This document shows positions 40,643 through 49,878 of a DNA stretch of 53,411 nucleotides, one piece after another. Origin of the DNA: a virus (Duplodnaviria > Caudoviricetes); the IMG/VR virus record IMGVR_UViG_3300034121_000706, positions 1-53,411 of that record. One strand, written 5' to 3'. Both the position numbers and the translations under genes were made by a program. The notes below the pieces were generated by a model. It had not been told where the DNA came from, made no database searches, and saw only the letters and a list, made by a program, of their open reading frames with translations. How positions within the stretch are numbered: the stretch's first letter is position 1; every line of letters begins with the position of its first letter.

Positions 40643-41189
40643 CGTATTTTTTACCTGTTTTAATGGTGTTATTTTCAATGATTTTTTAAGGTGTTAAAAT
40701 GGTATGTTTTAGGCTAAATAATGGCTAAAATGCATGTTTATGTTATTTTGTAACTGTTGTATGTTACTGTAATAGGCTTAATTATTGTTTTAAACTATCA
40801 AATTTCAATTATTTTATCTTTTTGGTGTATTGATACCACTTTTAATAAATAATGGCTTAAATATGGTTTAAATCAATTTTAGTTTTTAGATTTTTGTATT
40901 TCTGAAAGAAATATTTTAGTGTTATTGTTACTGTTACTCTTAAGCTTGTTACAATGTCTGTTGCATAATCTGTGACAATGTATGTTACAGAGATAAGTTT
41001 TATTGATTATCAGCTATTTGTGTAAAAAATGTGTATGTTTTTATTTTAGAGTTGAAAAAATAATATTTCAAAAGTTTTTCAAAATTATTTCAAAAACTTG
41101 CAAAAAAGTGGTAAAAATGGGCAATAAATATAGATTTTAATAATGTTTTAAAAATAGGCTGTTTTTAGTGGTTTATTTTGGTGGTTTTT

Positions 41190-41546
41190 TTACCTGCCAT
41201 TTTTCAGATAATTTTTACTAATTAAATAGATATTTTGATAGTCTGTTTTTTGTATTATTTCATGCTGAATTAATGCATTGATTGATTTATAAAATACAGA
41301 CTTTTTGAGTCCTGTTTTTTCCTGGTTAATTACAATTTTACTTTTATTGATGCCAATATTTTTACAGATATATTGTATTAGTATTATTTCAGATGTAGTT
41401 AATAAATGTAATTTATCTATTAATGGAATAAAGAATTTTATAAATTTATCATTGCTGCCAGTGAATTGCTTTTTAGTTTTTAGCAGCATCATGTATTCAC
41501 CCGTTGAAGGATCAACAACCGGAATATTTATTTTAATTTGTTTCAC
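41190..41546 (-). CDS. RepL-like winged-helix replication/maintenance protein
   Basis: VDPSTGE...KFIKFF...wHTH KSVFYKSINALI...NIYLI; resembles plasmid RepL-type proteins. Confidence 0.6.
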   Translation of the reverse strand: MKQIKINIPVVDPSTGEYMMLLKTKKQFTGSNDKFIKFFIPLIDKLHLLTTSEIILIQYICKNIGINKSKIVINQEKTGLKKSVFYKSINALIQHEIIQKTDYQNIYLISKNYLKNGR

Positions 41547-41592
41547 TCTCTTTATATACTACTAAGAAGGAAATGTTAAAACAGTCGTAAAA

Positions 41593-41632
41593 AGTCCACG
41601 TTTTGTGGAAATTAGTCCACGCCGTGTGGACT
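41593..41632. promoter_or_regulatory. Two tandem palindromic TCCAC-N5-GTGGA sites (operator/iteron)
   Basis: agtccacgttttgtggaa and agtccacgccgtgtggact, 21-bp period, upstream of the RepL-like gene. Confidence 0.6.
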
Positions 41633-41669
41633 ATCATAATAATATTATTAATGTGTTTATACACTCATT

Positions 41670-42001
41670 TATGTTAAATATTTCACCTTATAAGATGTGG
41701 CGCAAGTTGTCGGATAACTTAAACACACCTTATAAGGCTACTATATTTATATTATTTCTATTGGTTGAAATGTTCCGACATTCAACGCTATTATACAAAT
41801 ATACAATATAAACTGCCAGACTAAACAACATTTATGTACTTAGTATTTAGCTAAAATATACCTATTTTAATACATTAGATTATTTCTATATGTTAAATAT
41901 TACACTGCTTACATATTAAAATAAATACGGGTTAATCAATGTTTATTGATAGTTTAGTGTATATTGATATACTTGTTAATCAATCTAATATGTTAAATAT
42001 T
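41670..42001 (+). repeat. Three copies of TATGTTAAATATT
   Basis: At 41670, 41889 and 41989. Confidence 0.7.
41796..41803 (-). promoter_or_regulatory. Bacteroidota -7 promoter element (TATATTTG)
   Basis: TAnnTTTG on minus strand followed by hairpin 41764-41786. Confidence 0.45.
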
Positions 42002-42076
42002 CAATGTGCCTATTGATAAATTGATTTATTATGCCTTACTTTGTATCACATTAACAAACCGACTAAAAACAAGATT

Positions 42077-42232
42077 ATGAAAACAGTAATTAAAAAACCG
42101 AGAAAATTAACCAAACAGCTATTTGCATCTATTTATGATAGCGCACGAAAATTAAGAAGAACCGATCCAATACAGTTTGAAGTACTATACAACGACTGGA
42201 AAAGATTAAGACAAGGCATGATATACAGATAA
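42077..42232 (+). CDS. Small early protein
   Basis: ATG at 42077 with A-rich leader. Confidence 0.6.
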   Translation: MKTVIKKPRKLTKQLFASIYDSARKLRRTDPIQFEVLYNDWKRLRQGMIYR

Positions 42233-42309
42233 TCTAAAACAAAAAAGCGCACACCGGCAAGTGTACGCAATAATTAACCTTAACCTTTCACAATTTAAAA
42301 TTAAATCTT

Positions 42310-42984
42310 ATGACAAATTTAGCACAAAACACAGAAACAAACAACAGCACAGTATTAGAACAAACACAATCTTGTTATAATCCTTACTTTGTAACACTAT
42401 CAGGAAAACAAAAGAAGGTTGATAGTATTAAATTTTACGACCACACAACAGGCGAAGTATTATTTTCACAAAATTGGTTTACAGACAGTCAATACGGCAG
42501 TAATAATGAAACGCCTAAAATTATATTCCCTTTTACATTTATACGCAAAACAGAAAAAGACTTAAACAGCGTAAAACCATTTTACAAAAAATTTCAGGAT
42601 CAATTTAATCTTAAATCTGATTTACATTCAGTGGTATTGTTTATACCAGTTAGTATGTTAGACAATTTTAAGGTTAAAAAAGATGTATTTCAGTTTGAAA
42701 CGGAAACAGATACTAATTATCGAGATTATTTTTACTTTGATGTTGTATGCGTTAAAGAACTATATAAAATTGACAAAGAAAACGACAAGCTAATATACTA
42801 CAATAGTGAAGAATTTAAACAAACATTAACCGGAAAAGGACACTATAAGAAAGTATTAAAACCATTAGGCGAAAAAGTGGAAATGATAGTAAACGCATTC
42901 AAAAGCGCAGGTATTGAAAATGCCGGAAGATACGAGATTGAAAAAATGTTAACAGTTTGTAACATTGAATTAATAAACTCTTAA
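42310..42984 (+). CDS. Early hypothetical protein
   Basis: 224-aa ORF with AT-rich leader. Confidence 0.8.
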   Translation: MTNLAQNTETNNSTVLEQTQSCYNPYFVTLSGKQKKVDSIKFYDHTTGEVLFSQNWFTDSQYGSNNETPKIIFPFTFIRKTEKDLNSVKPFYKKFQDQFNLKSDLHSVVLFIPVSMLDNFKVKKDVFQFETETDTNYRDYFYFDVVCVKELYKIDKENDKLIYYNSEEFKQTLTGKGHYKKVLKPLGEKVEMIVNAFKSAGIENAGRYEIEKMLTVCNIELINS

Positions 42985-42995
42985 AACCTACAAAA

Positions 42996-43223
42996 ATGAA
43001 AACTTACATAATAAGTAAAGACGGAGAAGTAAAAGCGGAACTGAACAACCAGGAAAGCGATATAAACGTGATAGGCAAAATGCAAAAATTACAAAGCCAA
43101 TCAACACATTGGGCGATAAAATACGAAGGTTGGAAAGTTGCGGAGATAGACGAAGAAACCGGAATTAAAAGCCAGTGGATAACAAAAGGAGATTTTTTAA
43201 TTATTTCAGAACCTATTAAATAA
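42996..43223 (+). CDS. Early hypothetical protein
   Basis: Tightly packed ORF. Confidence 0.75.
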   Translation: MKTYIISKDGEVKAELNNQESDINVIGKMQKLQSQSTHWAIKYEGWKVAEIDEETGIKSQWITKGDFLIISEPIK

Positions 43224-43230
43224 AAAGACA

Positions 43231-43482
43231 ATGAAAAAGCAAAATAAATACACCTACTTAAATGTAATTCAGCAAAATTATGGACAAGGTTGGGAAGATG
43301 TAAGCGAGTACGAAGCAAACAGCCAGTTTATTAACCTCGAAAAATCCGGAGTATTTTACGAAGATAAGAAAGGAAGAAAACGGGAATATTGGCTAACTAC
43401 CCACGATCTGAAAGAATACAGATTAACAGGTTATCCGACAAGGATAATAAACCGCAAAGAATTAAACAAAGCTATAATTTAA
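43231..43482 (+). CDS. Early hypothetical protein
   Basis: IQQNYGQGWEDV...LKEYR motif recurrent in phage early proteins. Confidence 0.75.
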   Translation: MKKQNKYTYLNVIQQNYGQGWEDVSEYEANSQFINLEKSGVFYEDKKGRKREYWLTTHDLKEYRLTGYPTRIINRKELNKAII

Positions 43483-43501
43483 CCAAACTAAAAACAGTAC
43501 A

Positions 43502-44128
43502 ATGAAAACAATAACAATAAATCTATACAAGTTCAACGAACTTTCAGAAAAAGCAAAACAAACAGCAATTAATGATTATAGAAACGAACAAGACAACTAC
43601 ATTTATTATGATGAAATAATAGAAACCGTTAAAAAGTTAATTGATTTATTCAACCTTAAAACCGGAAACAGATACACAGATATAAGATGCAGCCATATAG
43701 ACGACACTATTTTAGAATTATCAGGAGTAAGACTTTATAAATATATTATGAATAATTACGGCAAGGAATTATTTACACCTAAGTTTAAAAAATGTATTGA
43801 CAGAGAAGTAAAAAGTAAATCATATATCTGTAAGGTTGACACTAATTGGAAAGGAGAAAAATACACGATGTTATATTATAAACACAAAACAGATAACAGT
43901 TGTGTATTAACAGGAGTGTGTTACGATGATGATATTTTAAAACCAGTGTACGACTTTTTAAGCAAACCTGATAAAAATACAACCTTTGAAGATTTAATCA
44001 GTGAAATTGAAAGCGCAATTAAAAAGACTTTTGATAATACCGAACAATGGCTAAATTCCGATGAATTTATAACGGAAGAAATAGAGAACAACGGATACGA
44101 CTTTACAGAAAACGGAAAAGTAGCCTAA
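43502..44128 (+). CDS. Conserved phage early protein
   Basis: LYKFNELSEKAKQ.AI...C.LTGVCYD...SDE...E..E.N.Y.F.ENG family motifs. Confidence 0.8.
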   Translation: MKTITINLYKFNELSEKAKQTAINDYRNEQDNYIYYDEIIETVKKLIDLFNLKTGNRYTDIRCSHIDDTILELSGVRLYKYIMNNYGKELFTPKFKKCIDREVKSKSYICKVDTNWKGEKYTMLYYKHKTDNSCVLTGVCYDDDILKPVYDFLSKPDKNTTFEDLISEIESAIKKTFDNTEQWLNSDEFITEEIENNGYDFTENGKVA

Positions 44129-44129
44129 T

Positions 44130-44324
44130 ATGATAATCAAAACAATGAAATCCGCAGACCTCTTTGAAATCGACAAAGTGCAAATTTTCGACAGATTGAC
44201 AGGTAACTATATTTGTACAATGACATTAACAGACAGCGCCGGAGATTTACGCAACATTGCAGACTACCAACCGGAAATTAAGACAAAGGAAAGCGAAAAC
44301 CCGAAACAAACTAAATTATTTTAA
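44130..44324 (+). CDS. Early hypothetical protein
   Basis: Packed ORF. Confidence 0.6.
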   Translation: MIIKTMKSADLFEIDKVQIFDRLTGNYICTMTLTDSAGDLRNIADYQPEIKTKESENPKQTKLF

Positions 44325-44342
44325 ACACTTAAAAAATATATC

Positions 44343-44633
44343 ATGCAGCTAATAATAACACGAAAGGCAAACGCAATAATAAAGAACCTAAACACGAATG
44401 AAAAAACTATGTACGAATATATAGTGGAATTAATTAAACAAGACAACGACCATATCCAAAAATGCGAAACGGAAAAGTATTTCCACGATGATAAAGAACA
44501 TTTTAATAAAGCAATAAGCCACCAGTTAAATTTGTCATTCAGGGCAAAGTATATAATACAAATTTTAGGACTTTATTTATACGATGATATAGAAACAAAA
44601 ACCATAACAGTAAAAGCAAGAAACGATAATTAA
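44343..44633 (+). CDS. Early hypothetical protein
   Basis: Packed ORF. Confidence 0.7.
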   Translation: MQLIITRKANAIIKNLNTNEKTMYEYIVELIKQDNDHIQKCETEKYFHDDKEHFNKAISHQLNLSFRAKYIIQILGLYLYDDIETKTITVKARNDN

Positions 44634-44702
44634 CCACCAAAACGAATTAACTAAACAACATAAACGAATATTAAATAATCAACCAATTTTAAAAACAATT
44701 TT

Positions 44703-44930
44703 ATGGCAAATTTAACCAAGTCAGAACGACACAACCGGATGTTAAATAAAACATTCAACCACTACAAAAACCACCAAAATAATTTACCACCTTGTCAGCT
44801 ATACGGCAGATTTTTAGAAATTGCAAAAGAAAAGCTAAATATTACAATAGATGAAGCGAGAAAACAATATGGACAGTACACAGTGCAGCAGTGGGAAATA
44901 TTATTAAAATTAGGTTGGAATAAATCTTAA
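44703..44930 (+). CDS. Early hypothetical protein
   Basis: Packed ORF. Confidence 0.7.
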   Translation: MANLTKSERHNRMLNKTFNHYKNHQNNLPPCQLYGRFLEIAKEKLNITIDEARKQYGQYTVQQWEILLKLGWNKS

Positions 44931-45004
44931 ACGGATCAAACTTCCACTAAACAGCAAGGTATTACCGGCAATTAATCAATTTTAAAACTAAAAATAATAA
45001 TTTT

Positions 45005-45256
45005 ATGAAAGTATTAATAAACACAATTTTCAGGGTAAATGTAGACGGAGAATTTAATTATATGTCTGTTAGAGAAATTGAACTATCAGGACTGAACACC
45101 GTACAACATAAAAGTAACGGATATTCACACGACTGGACAGAAATAGTGAAATTCTGCCCTGAAAGAGATACAGATTTAGAAATAAAGAACACAGTATATT
45201 TAACCAAACGACCAACCGGCAGAGTGCAGGGAAGTAGCACCGTATCATTTAGCTAA
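45005..45256 (+). CDS. Early hypothetical protein
   Basis: Follows leader repeat. Confidence 0.7.
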   Translation: MKVLINTIFRVNVDGEFNYMSVREIELSGLNTVQHKSNGYSHDWTEIVKFCPERDTDLEIKNTVYLTKRPTGRVQGSSTVSFS

Positions 45257-45318
45257 TCTTAAACCTCCACTAATCCGCAAGGCAGTAACAGAATTTTTAA
45301 CAAACTAAATTTAAGAAA

Positions 45319-45873
45319 ATGAATAACGCAGAAATAAATCTAAAAATGAACACATTAAATTTAAGAGAAATAGCAGAACTAAATGGACTGACTTACGCAG
45401 AATCAACGAGCGGAAATAATGGTTATCCAAGCGGAATTAAAGGCATTATTTTAGGCTTTGAAACATTCGAGGAAGCAGAAGAATTAGCCGAAAAACACGG
45501 ACTAAGTATCGAAACATTTAAGAAAAAAGACGGCTGGCAACTTTGGGAAAGAACCGGAAATAAAGCATACGAACCATTTAAAAATAGTTGTGATGATTAT
45601 GGTGACAATTACAGCCAGTTAGAAAAAATGAGTGAAAAAGTATTTTTTGAATCAGAGGTAAAAGACAGCCTTGAAAATTTCGACAATTTAGAAGATTTAC
45701 AAAATTTCTTATCTAAAAAACAAAATTTATTTGACGAAGTTGAAATTTTGGAAATTGACGAAATAGTAATTACTTGTCAAGGCGAATATTACGAAACTAT
45801 CAAAAAAACAAGCATGATTTTTTCGCACGACACAAAAACAATAGTTATAGGATTAATATACAGAAACCAATAG
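45319..45873 (+). CDS. Early acidic hypothetical protein
   Basis: Follows leader repeat; NGYPS...GFETFEEAE...DGWQLW. Confidence 0.8.
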   Translation: MNNAEINLKMNTLNLREIAELNGLTYAESTSGNNGYPSGIKGIILGFETFEEAEELAEKHGLSIETFKKKDGWQLWERTGNKAYEPFKNSCDDYGDNYSQLEKMSEKVFFESEVKDSLENFDNLEDLQNFLSKKQNLFDEVEILEIDEIVITCQGEYYETIKKTSMIFSHDTKTIVIGLIYRNQ

Positions 45874-45934
45874 CAAGAAACGTAAATTAAATATTTATAA
45901 AATTATATTAAATAACCTCTTAAAATTTACAGCA

Positions 45935-46168
45935 ATGAAGAACACAATATACATCAACGCAAAGGAACTGATTAAAAAAGAAGCCAAAACGCTTAAAACA
46001 CAGAACCCAAAAGATAAAGCGTATATAAGATATAATCTTAACAATTTAGCCAATGAATTAATAAAACAATTTAATTGGTATGCGATGAAAGAAATGATAA
46101 CACAGAAAAAAGCTACAACATACGCTTATTGGCTAAGTTCGTACACAGCAAAACAACAACCGAAATAA
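45935..46168 (+). CDS. Early hypothetical protein
   Basis: ORF with A-rich leader. Confidence 0.7.
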   Translation: MKNTIYINAKELIKKEAKTLKTQNPKDKAYIRYNLNNLANELIKQFNWYAMKEMITQKKATTYAYWLSSYTAKQQPK

Positions 46169-46250
46169 AGCGTAATTAATCAAACCACTTTAAACCTCCA
46201 CTAATCCGCAAGGCAGCAAAAGAATTATTAACAAAGTAAAATTTAAAAGT

Positions 46251-46463
46251 ATGAAAACAACATATAACGTCACAGAAGTTGAAAACCAAAAAGTACATAA
46301 ATTTAACACAATAAAAAAGGCGAAAGAATTTATTGAAAATTGGGGAATAACAAACAATCAACATACAGGTAAAGTAGATATTGACAAACGAACTATACTT
46401 TGGCATGTAGGAACATTTAAAAATCCAGTCATTCAATTTGAAAAAATAAACCACTTTAATTAA
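46251..46463 (+). CDS. Early hypothetical protein
   Basis: Follows leader repeat. Confidence 0.7.
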   Translation: MKTTYNVTEVENQKVHKFNTIKKAKEFIENWGITNNQHTGKVDIDKRTILWHVGTFKNPVIQFEKINHFN

Positions 46464-46478
46464 TCTAAATCAAACAAA

Positions 46479-46754
46479 ATGAACAAAGCACAAATCAAAA
46501 AAGCATTAGACTTTTACAAAGCATTAGCGCACCCCCTTAGTGATAAAATCCTACCGCTGATAAGCAAACGTGAATACCAGGTGCAAGAAATTTACAACAC
46601 CCTGAAATTGGAACAGTCAGCCGTAAGCGTACATTTAAACCGATTAAAAACGCATGGCATTGTATTATTCCGGCAAGACGGTAAGAAACGCCATTATAGG
46701 CTGAATGATGCAGTAATTGAGAAGGCGGAACAAGCTGCAAAGTTAGTATCTTAA
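46479..46754 (+). CDS. ArsR/SmtB (HlyU-like) HTH transcription regulator
   Basis: KALAHP...IL...V.EIY..LKLEQSAVSVHL..LK..GIV..RQDGK.R.Y.L. Confidence 0.9.
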   Translation: MNKAQIKKALDFYKALAHPLSDKILPLISKREYQVQEIYNTLKLEQSAVSVHLNRLKTHGIVLFRQDGKKRHYRLNDAVIEKAEQAAKLVS

Positions 46755-46803
46755 CTAAGGTGCAAGGTAGTAACAGAATTATTAACAAACTAAATTTAAG
46801 AAA

Positions 46804-47136
46804 ATGAAAGCAACGTATCACGAATTAAAAGACAATATTAAAGACCTTAATATATCTATTGAAGATTTATATAAAGCAAAAGACAAACAAATTTTAATTT
46901 GGCTATCTGACAAAGATTATTACTTCACTTTAATATTGAAGTCAAACGGAAAGCCAGACTGTAAAATAAGTTCATTTACAGCAAATATTTGGGCAAGGAC
47001 AGACGCAGGAGTAAATTATAAAAAATACAAAGACACAGCCACGTTACAAAGAGAAGTAAAAAAACTTATTAAAAGTAAGATTGACACAAGCGGAGATATA
47101 TCATTCAGTCTTAATAACGAGGTACACATTTTTTAA
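46804..47136 (+). CDS. Early hypothetical protein
   Basis: Follows leader repeat. Confidence 0.7.
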   Translation: MKATYHELKDNIKDLNISIEDLYKAKDKQILIWLSDKDYYFTLILKSNGKPDCKISSFTANIWARTDAGVNYKKYKDTATLQREVKKLIKSKIDTSGDISFSLNNEVHIF

Positions 47137-47195
47137 AAAAAAGCAAACCAATAACCAACCAACCGATTTTTAACAACTAACATAAATAAACAAGT

Positions 47196-47378
47196 ATGGA
47201 AATAAGCATTACAGTCAACGGCACAATGAAGATAGCTATGACACCAAAGACAGAGGTTATGAAGTATATGGCAGAACTCATTAAAGACGAAGCAACCTTT
47301 GTAGTTTCACGCCCAAATAATTCAAGCGAGATAGTATTCACACTGGTAAAAGAAAGGGCAATAACCGAACCAAAATAA
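47196..47378 (+). CDS. Hypothetical protein
   Basis: ORF with A-rich leader. Confidence 0.65.
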   Translation: MEISITVNGTMKIAMTPKTEVMKYMAELIKDEATFVVSRPNNSSEIVFTLVKERAITEPK

Positions 47379-47473
47379 AAAAAGTTACATTTTTTTACAA
47401 ATAAGTTGCATAATTAAAAAACTTTACTTAATATTGTACTACAATTCTGAACTACAAACAAACGATACACCAA

Positions 47474-47848
47474 ATGCTGAAAGAAGAAATAAAAAAACGA
47501 TGCCTGGAAGATGCTGATTTATTCGCTGATTTATGCGCAACCACAGGCAAGATACCTAATGCTACTTTGCAGTTCCTTAACAGAAATTCAAGTATAGAAT
47601 TAAGAAGTTACGAGGTTATGACTGTAATTAAAAAGCACACAGGATTAACAGAAAAAGATATTTTAAATCCAATAATCAAACCAATGAAATACGCATTAAT
47701 CAACAGCAAAGGAATGTACTTACAGGCAGGTAGAGATTTCTCATTCACAGCATACAGCAAGGAAGCACTAACATTTAGCACCGGACAGGAAGCAGAACGC
47801 AGAAGTAAACAGTTGATGCGATTCGGAGTGAAGGTGGTTCAGGTATAA
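47474..47848 (+). CDS. Hypothetical protein, N-terminal Cro-like HTH possible
   Basis: First gene after promoter-like 47405-47436. Confidence 0.65.
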   Translation: MLKEEIKKRCLEDADLFADLCATTGKIPNATLQFLNRNSSIELRSYEVMTVIKKHTGLTEKDILNPIIKPMKYALINSKGMYLQAGRDFSFTAYSKEALTFSTGQEAERRSKQLMRFGVKVVQV

Positions 47849-47894
47849 TTTTTTCATAGGGTTGTTTTTAAGTAGTTTTGGTTAGCTACACACG

Positions 47895-47943
47895 GTAGGT
47901 CGGGAGTTTTAATTAGGGTTTTATGTTTCATTTCCCGACCTAC
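47895..47943 (+). other. 11-bp stem, 27-nt loop structure in T-rich non-coding region
   Basis: gtaggtcggga ... tcccgacctac. Confidence 0.6.
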
Positions 47944-48179
47944 TAATTTTTAAAAAGTTCTTTTACAATATACAATGCAGAACGATGATGTACTCCGATG
48001 TCTTGGAGTGAGAAAGTAGAAGGTGTTTCTTATCGGGTTAATACTGCAATCAGTACCGTAAAATGTACGTTCTGCGCCAATTATGTTGGTACTCATAAGT
48101 ACATAAGATACACAAAGACTGGCAATCGGAAAGACGATACCCTTTTGGGTTTTTAAATCAAACAAATTAAATCAATAAT

Positions 48180-48365
48180 ATGAGTAACAGATACTACAAA
48201 GGCAATCCGATAAACAACAAAGCTATTGCCAAAGACTGCGAGGATATATTTTGCAAAACGTATATGGATAAGATACGGTTCGCTTGTGCTATCAATGCAG
48301 ACGGAAATAAGATATACCATATCGTAAGGATAGCCAATAAACAATCAGCAATAATCTTAAACTAA
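48180..48365 (+). CDS. Hypothetical protein
   Basis: ORF with A-rich leader. Confidence 0.6.
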   Translation: MSNRYYKGNPINNKAIAKDCEDIFCKTYMDKIRFACAINADGNKIYHIVRIANKQSAIILN

Positions 48366-48372
48366 TAAACCA

Positions 48373-48543
48373 ATGACAAACAAACCAAAATACGACATAT
48401 TAGGTGAACGCATTGACGAACACAGCTACTACTCAAAAAAGCAACAGAAAGAATTTGACTTTTATCAGTTCTTTAAGGTAATCGGTATCGCATCAGGTGT
48501 AATATTACTCGCATCATTAATCTTTCAAATAATCATTAAGTAA
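48373..48543 (+). CDS. Small membrane-anchored protein (56 aa)
   Basis: Hand-translated MTNKPKYD...VIGIASGVILLASLIFQIIIK. Confidence 0.65.
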   Translation: MTNKPKYDILGERIDEHSYYSKKQQKEFDFYQFFKVIGIASGVILLASLIFQIIIK

Positions 48544-48731
48544 TGGCAGAACGAATAGCATTCACGTTGGTAATTAACAACAGAATACACACCGAAGATA
48601 GCTGCGGTAATTGCCGGAGAGAAATACAGACAACAAGCGAAAGCCTATTGTACGAACTACACAAGTTCGGATTAAAAAACACCGTTAACAGTCACGCCAT
48701 TTATTACACAATTAAAAGCAAAGCACTATGA
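48543..48731 (+). CDS. Hypothetical protein
   Basis: Coupled ORF. Confidence 0.6.
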   Translation: MAERIAFTLVINNRIHTEDSCGNCRREIQTTSESLLYELHKFGLKNTVNSHAIYYTIKSKAL

Positions 48732-49180
48732 GTTTACATCAAAAATACATCATCGTTAAGCGTACCGAGTACAACAATATGCTAAAGGAAATTGAAAGAA
48801 TCCGTAAGCGTGAAAAGCGGATTATCAATACGGTTGCCATAGCAGAAATAACATTGGAAGATATGAAAGAGATATTCGCATTCTGCCACGAAACAAAAAG
48901 CAGAGTACCTGATGTAGTTGAATTACGACACTTTTCCAGGTACTTCTTATGCATGAACACAGAGTACATTTTAAAGAGAATAGGCACGTTGACGAACTGC
49001 AAAGACCACGCAACTGTAATCCATAGCAGGAACAGTATAGAGCAACATATTAACCGCTATCCGAACACCATGAATGCATACATAGCATTCGAGGAAGAAA
49101 TTATGGGTAAGATTGAAAAGATATACAACGCACAGGTGCAAGTGCCGGTACAGGAAGAAGAATTGGAAATGGCGAGTTAA
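48728..49180 (+). CDS. DnaA C-terminal-like HTH protein
   Basis: KSR....V..R...Y....LKRIG.....DHATVIHS motif. Confidence 0.85.
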   Translation: MSLHQKYIIVKRTEYNNMLKEIERIRKREKRIINTVAIAEITLEDMKEIFAFCHETKSRVPDVVELRHFSRYFLCMNTEYILKRIGTLTNCKDHATVIHSRNSIEQHINRYPNTMNAYIAFEEEIMGKIEKIYNAQVQVPVQEEELEMAS

Positions 49181-49187
49181 TTAAGTA

Positions 49188-49412
49188 ATGGGAAAAAGAG
49201 AGTTAACGAAGTACAGACAGTTATTGTTAAAAGCATTTAGGCTGAATCCGATTAAGATACATCATTCTACTGGACTTCCGATGAATGAAATAATATGGCA
49301 TATACAAGGGTTAGAAACGGAAAATGTAACGGAATTAACCATGCATAATCTATATGAAACAATCGAAAGCGAAATTAGCAAAACCAACAGTAAATTAAAT
49401 TTAGTACAATAA
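49188..49412 (+). CDS. Hypothetical protein
   Basis: Packed ORF. Confidence 0.65.
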   Translation: MGKRELTKYRQLLLKAFRLNPIKIHHSTGLPMNEIIWHIQGLETENVTELTMHNLYETIESEISKTNSKLNLVQ

Positions 49413-49672
49413 TGAGAAAAGAGATATTTATGGTATTTACAGGTTATGCTGAACTGGCATTTGGCAGCTTAGAAAAGGCAGAAAAATTCAAAAGTGAAAA
49501 AGGACTTAATACCATAATATTTAAGTACGGAGAAGAAAACCCAAACAAGATACCGGAGGTCAAAAGAGAAACAGATTACAGAAAGTGCAAAGACAATATG
49601 GCGACACTTAGTTATGGCTATGGCAAGTCAAGACAAAGTTTAACATCACGTTCAATGGATAGTAAATATTAA
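49412..49672 (+). CDS. Hypothetical protein
   Basis: Coupled ORF. Confidence 0.65.
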   Translation: MRKEIFMVFTGYAELAFGSLEKAEKFKSEKGLNTIIFKYGEENPNKIPEVKRETDYRKCKDNMATLSYGYGKSRQSLTSRSMDSKY

Positions 49673-49676
49673 GACA

Positions 49677-49871
49677 ATGAGAACAGACGCAAATCAAATA
49701 CTAATGGATATGAATAAAGAGGTAGGCAAACAATCCATTCTGATAACTGTAATAAAAGACCTATCAATGTTCAGCCATACCAAGGAGTACAAGCAGTACC
49801 AAGTAATGTTGGAGGAATCAGAACAAAAATACGATGAATTGAAGAACGAATTAAATAACATTATAAAATAA
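49677..49871 (+). CDS. Hypothetical protein
   Basis: Packed ORF. Confidence 0.65.
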   Translation: MRTDANQILMDMNKEVGKQSILITVIKDLSMFSHTKEYKQYQVMLEESEQKYDELKNELNNIIK

Positions 49872-49878
49872 AAACAAA

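Larger units (their letters stand above)
44938..46806 (+). repeat. Four dispersed intergenic leader repeats (44938, 45259, 46190, 46762)
   Basis: Shared AAAC(C/T)TCCACTAA...GCAAGG(C/T)A and/or AGAATT(A/T)TTAACAAA...ATG blocks. Confidence 0.85.

Noticed and set aside
44938-46806. CRISPR array from the early-region repeats
   Set aside because: Spacing is hundreds of bp with whole genes between copies; repeats are mosaic; no cas genes
47849-48160. tRNA genes
   Set aside because: No cloverleaf or TTCGA T-arm recognised here or elsewhere
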